NCBI RefSeq assembly: GCF_004010195.1
Contig: NC_057719.1
Span: 85,497,410-85,533,662 of the forward strand
Reading direction: 5' to 3'
DNA length: 36,253 nucleotides
Source of the DNA: Chiloscyllium plagiosum
Taxonomy: Eukaryota
Shown: positions 35,581 to 36,253 of the stretch, in pieces
Layout: each line of letters opens with the position of its first letter
Numbering within the stretch: position 1 is the first letter of the stretch
Program-made: the position numbers and the translations under genes
The notes under the pieces: generated by a model
The model's input: only the letters and a program-made list of their open reading frames with translations
Told to the model about the DNA's origin: nothing
Databases searched by the model: none

Positions 35581-35675
35581 TTGAAAATGTGTTGCTGGAA
35601 GAGCGCAGCAGGTCAGGCAGCATCCAAGGAGCAGGAGAGTCGACGTTTCGGGCATGAACCCTTCTTCAGGATTCC
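35581..35675. mobile_element. Penelope-like terminal repeat with an intact hammerhead core (minus strand 35637-35674)
   Basis: The minus strand reads CUGAAGA A GGGU UCAU GCCC GAA ACGU C. Confidence 0.8.
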
Positions 35676-35958
35676 TCACTGAATCTCTCAGAATCCTTTT
35701 CGGTATTTTGTTTACCATAGACATAAGACTGACTGTTCTGTAATTCCCAGGGATTTCCTTAGTCCCTTTTTTGTAAAGAAGAACAACATTCACCTCCCTC
35801 CAATCAGCTGGCACCAGTCCCTGGAGAGTGAGGATGCAAAGATCATTCCTCACTTCCTTTAGTAACCTTGGATATATCTGGTTCGGCCCTGGGGACTTAT
35901 CCATCTTGGTGCTGCCCAGAATTTCCAGCATATCCACTTTCTTAATATCAATCTGTTC
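35676..35958 (-). mobile_element. CR1-clade LINE fragment
   Basis: The minus strand encodes KSPGPNQIYPRLLKE...VPADWREVNVVLLYKKG.KE.PGNYR.VSL. Confidence 0.88.
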
Positions 35959-35959
35959 A

Positions 35960-36253
35960 AGGAGAAAGTGAGGACTGCAGATGCTGGAGATCAGAACTGA
36001 AAATGTGTTGCTGGAAAAGCGCAGCAGGTCAGGCAGCATCCAAGGAGCATGAGAATCGATGTTTCGGGCATAAGCCCTTCTTCAGGAATGAGGAAAGTGT
36101 GTCCAGCAGGCTATAAACATTTACTATAAACTGACCGACTCCCACAGCTACCTAGACTACACCTCCTCCCACCCTGCCCCCTGTAAAAACGCCATCCCAT
36201 ATTCCCAATTCCTTCGTCTCCGCCGCATCTGCTCCCAGGAGGACCAGTTCCAA
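35960..36253 (+). mobile_element. Penelope-like element: inverted terminal repeat then RT-thumb/linker coding sequence, running off the window
   Basis: 36116-36253 reads NIYYKLTDSHSYLDYTSSHPAPCKNAIPYSQFLRLRRICSQEDQFQ. A hammerhead-like motif lies on the minus strand at 36054-36090. Confidence 0.88.

Overview
This is eukaryotic, repeat-rich vertebrate DNA. The HE1-type V-SINEs and HER1/CR1-type LINEs point to a cartilaginous fish, probably a shark (inference from repeat content). The window opens in the last coding exon of a B30.2/PRY-SPRY (TRIM- or butyrophilin-like) gene. That exon is followed by a G-rich 37-bp minisatellite and a probable ERV solo LTR. The main gene, largely missed by the ORF track, is a complete intelectin (X-type lectin) on the + strand. 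Its seven coding exons are 20463-20529, 21646-21798, 26821-27068, 28926-29084, 30413-30533, 31531-31634 and 32253-32405, giving 1005 nt and 334 aa, with GT-AG introns and consistent phases. Upstream lies a broken intelectin paralog: an intact signal-peptide exon, a frameshifted exon and a transposon-split exon, whose two halves differ sharply in divergence from the intact gene. Most of the rest is CR1-type LINEs, HE1 SINEs, a Tx1-like fragment and Penelope-like elements whose terminal repeats carry minimal hammerhead-ribozyme motifs. Downstream of the intelectin is a 7-unit tandem repeat in which the units resemble extended CTCF sites. I found no clearly new protein system; the best leads are structural and regulatory and are labelled as inference. 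All alignments and counts were done by eye, and repeat boundaries are approximate.
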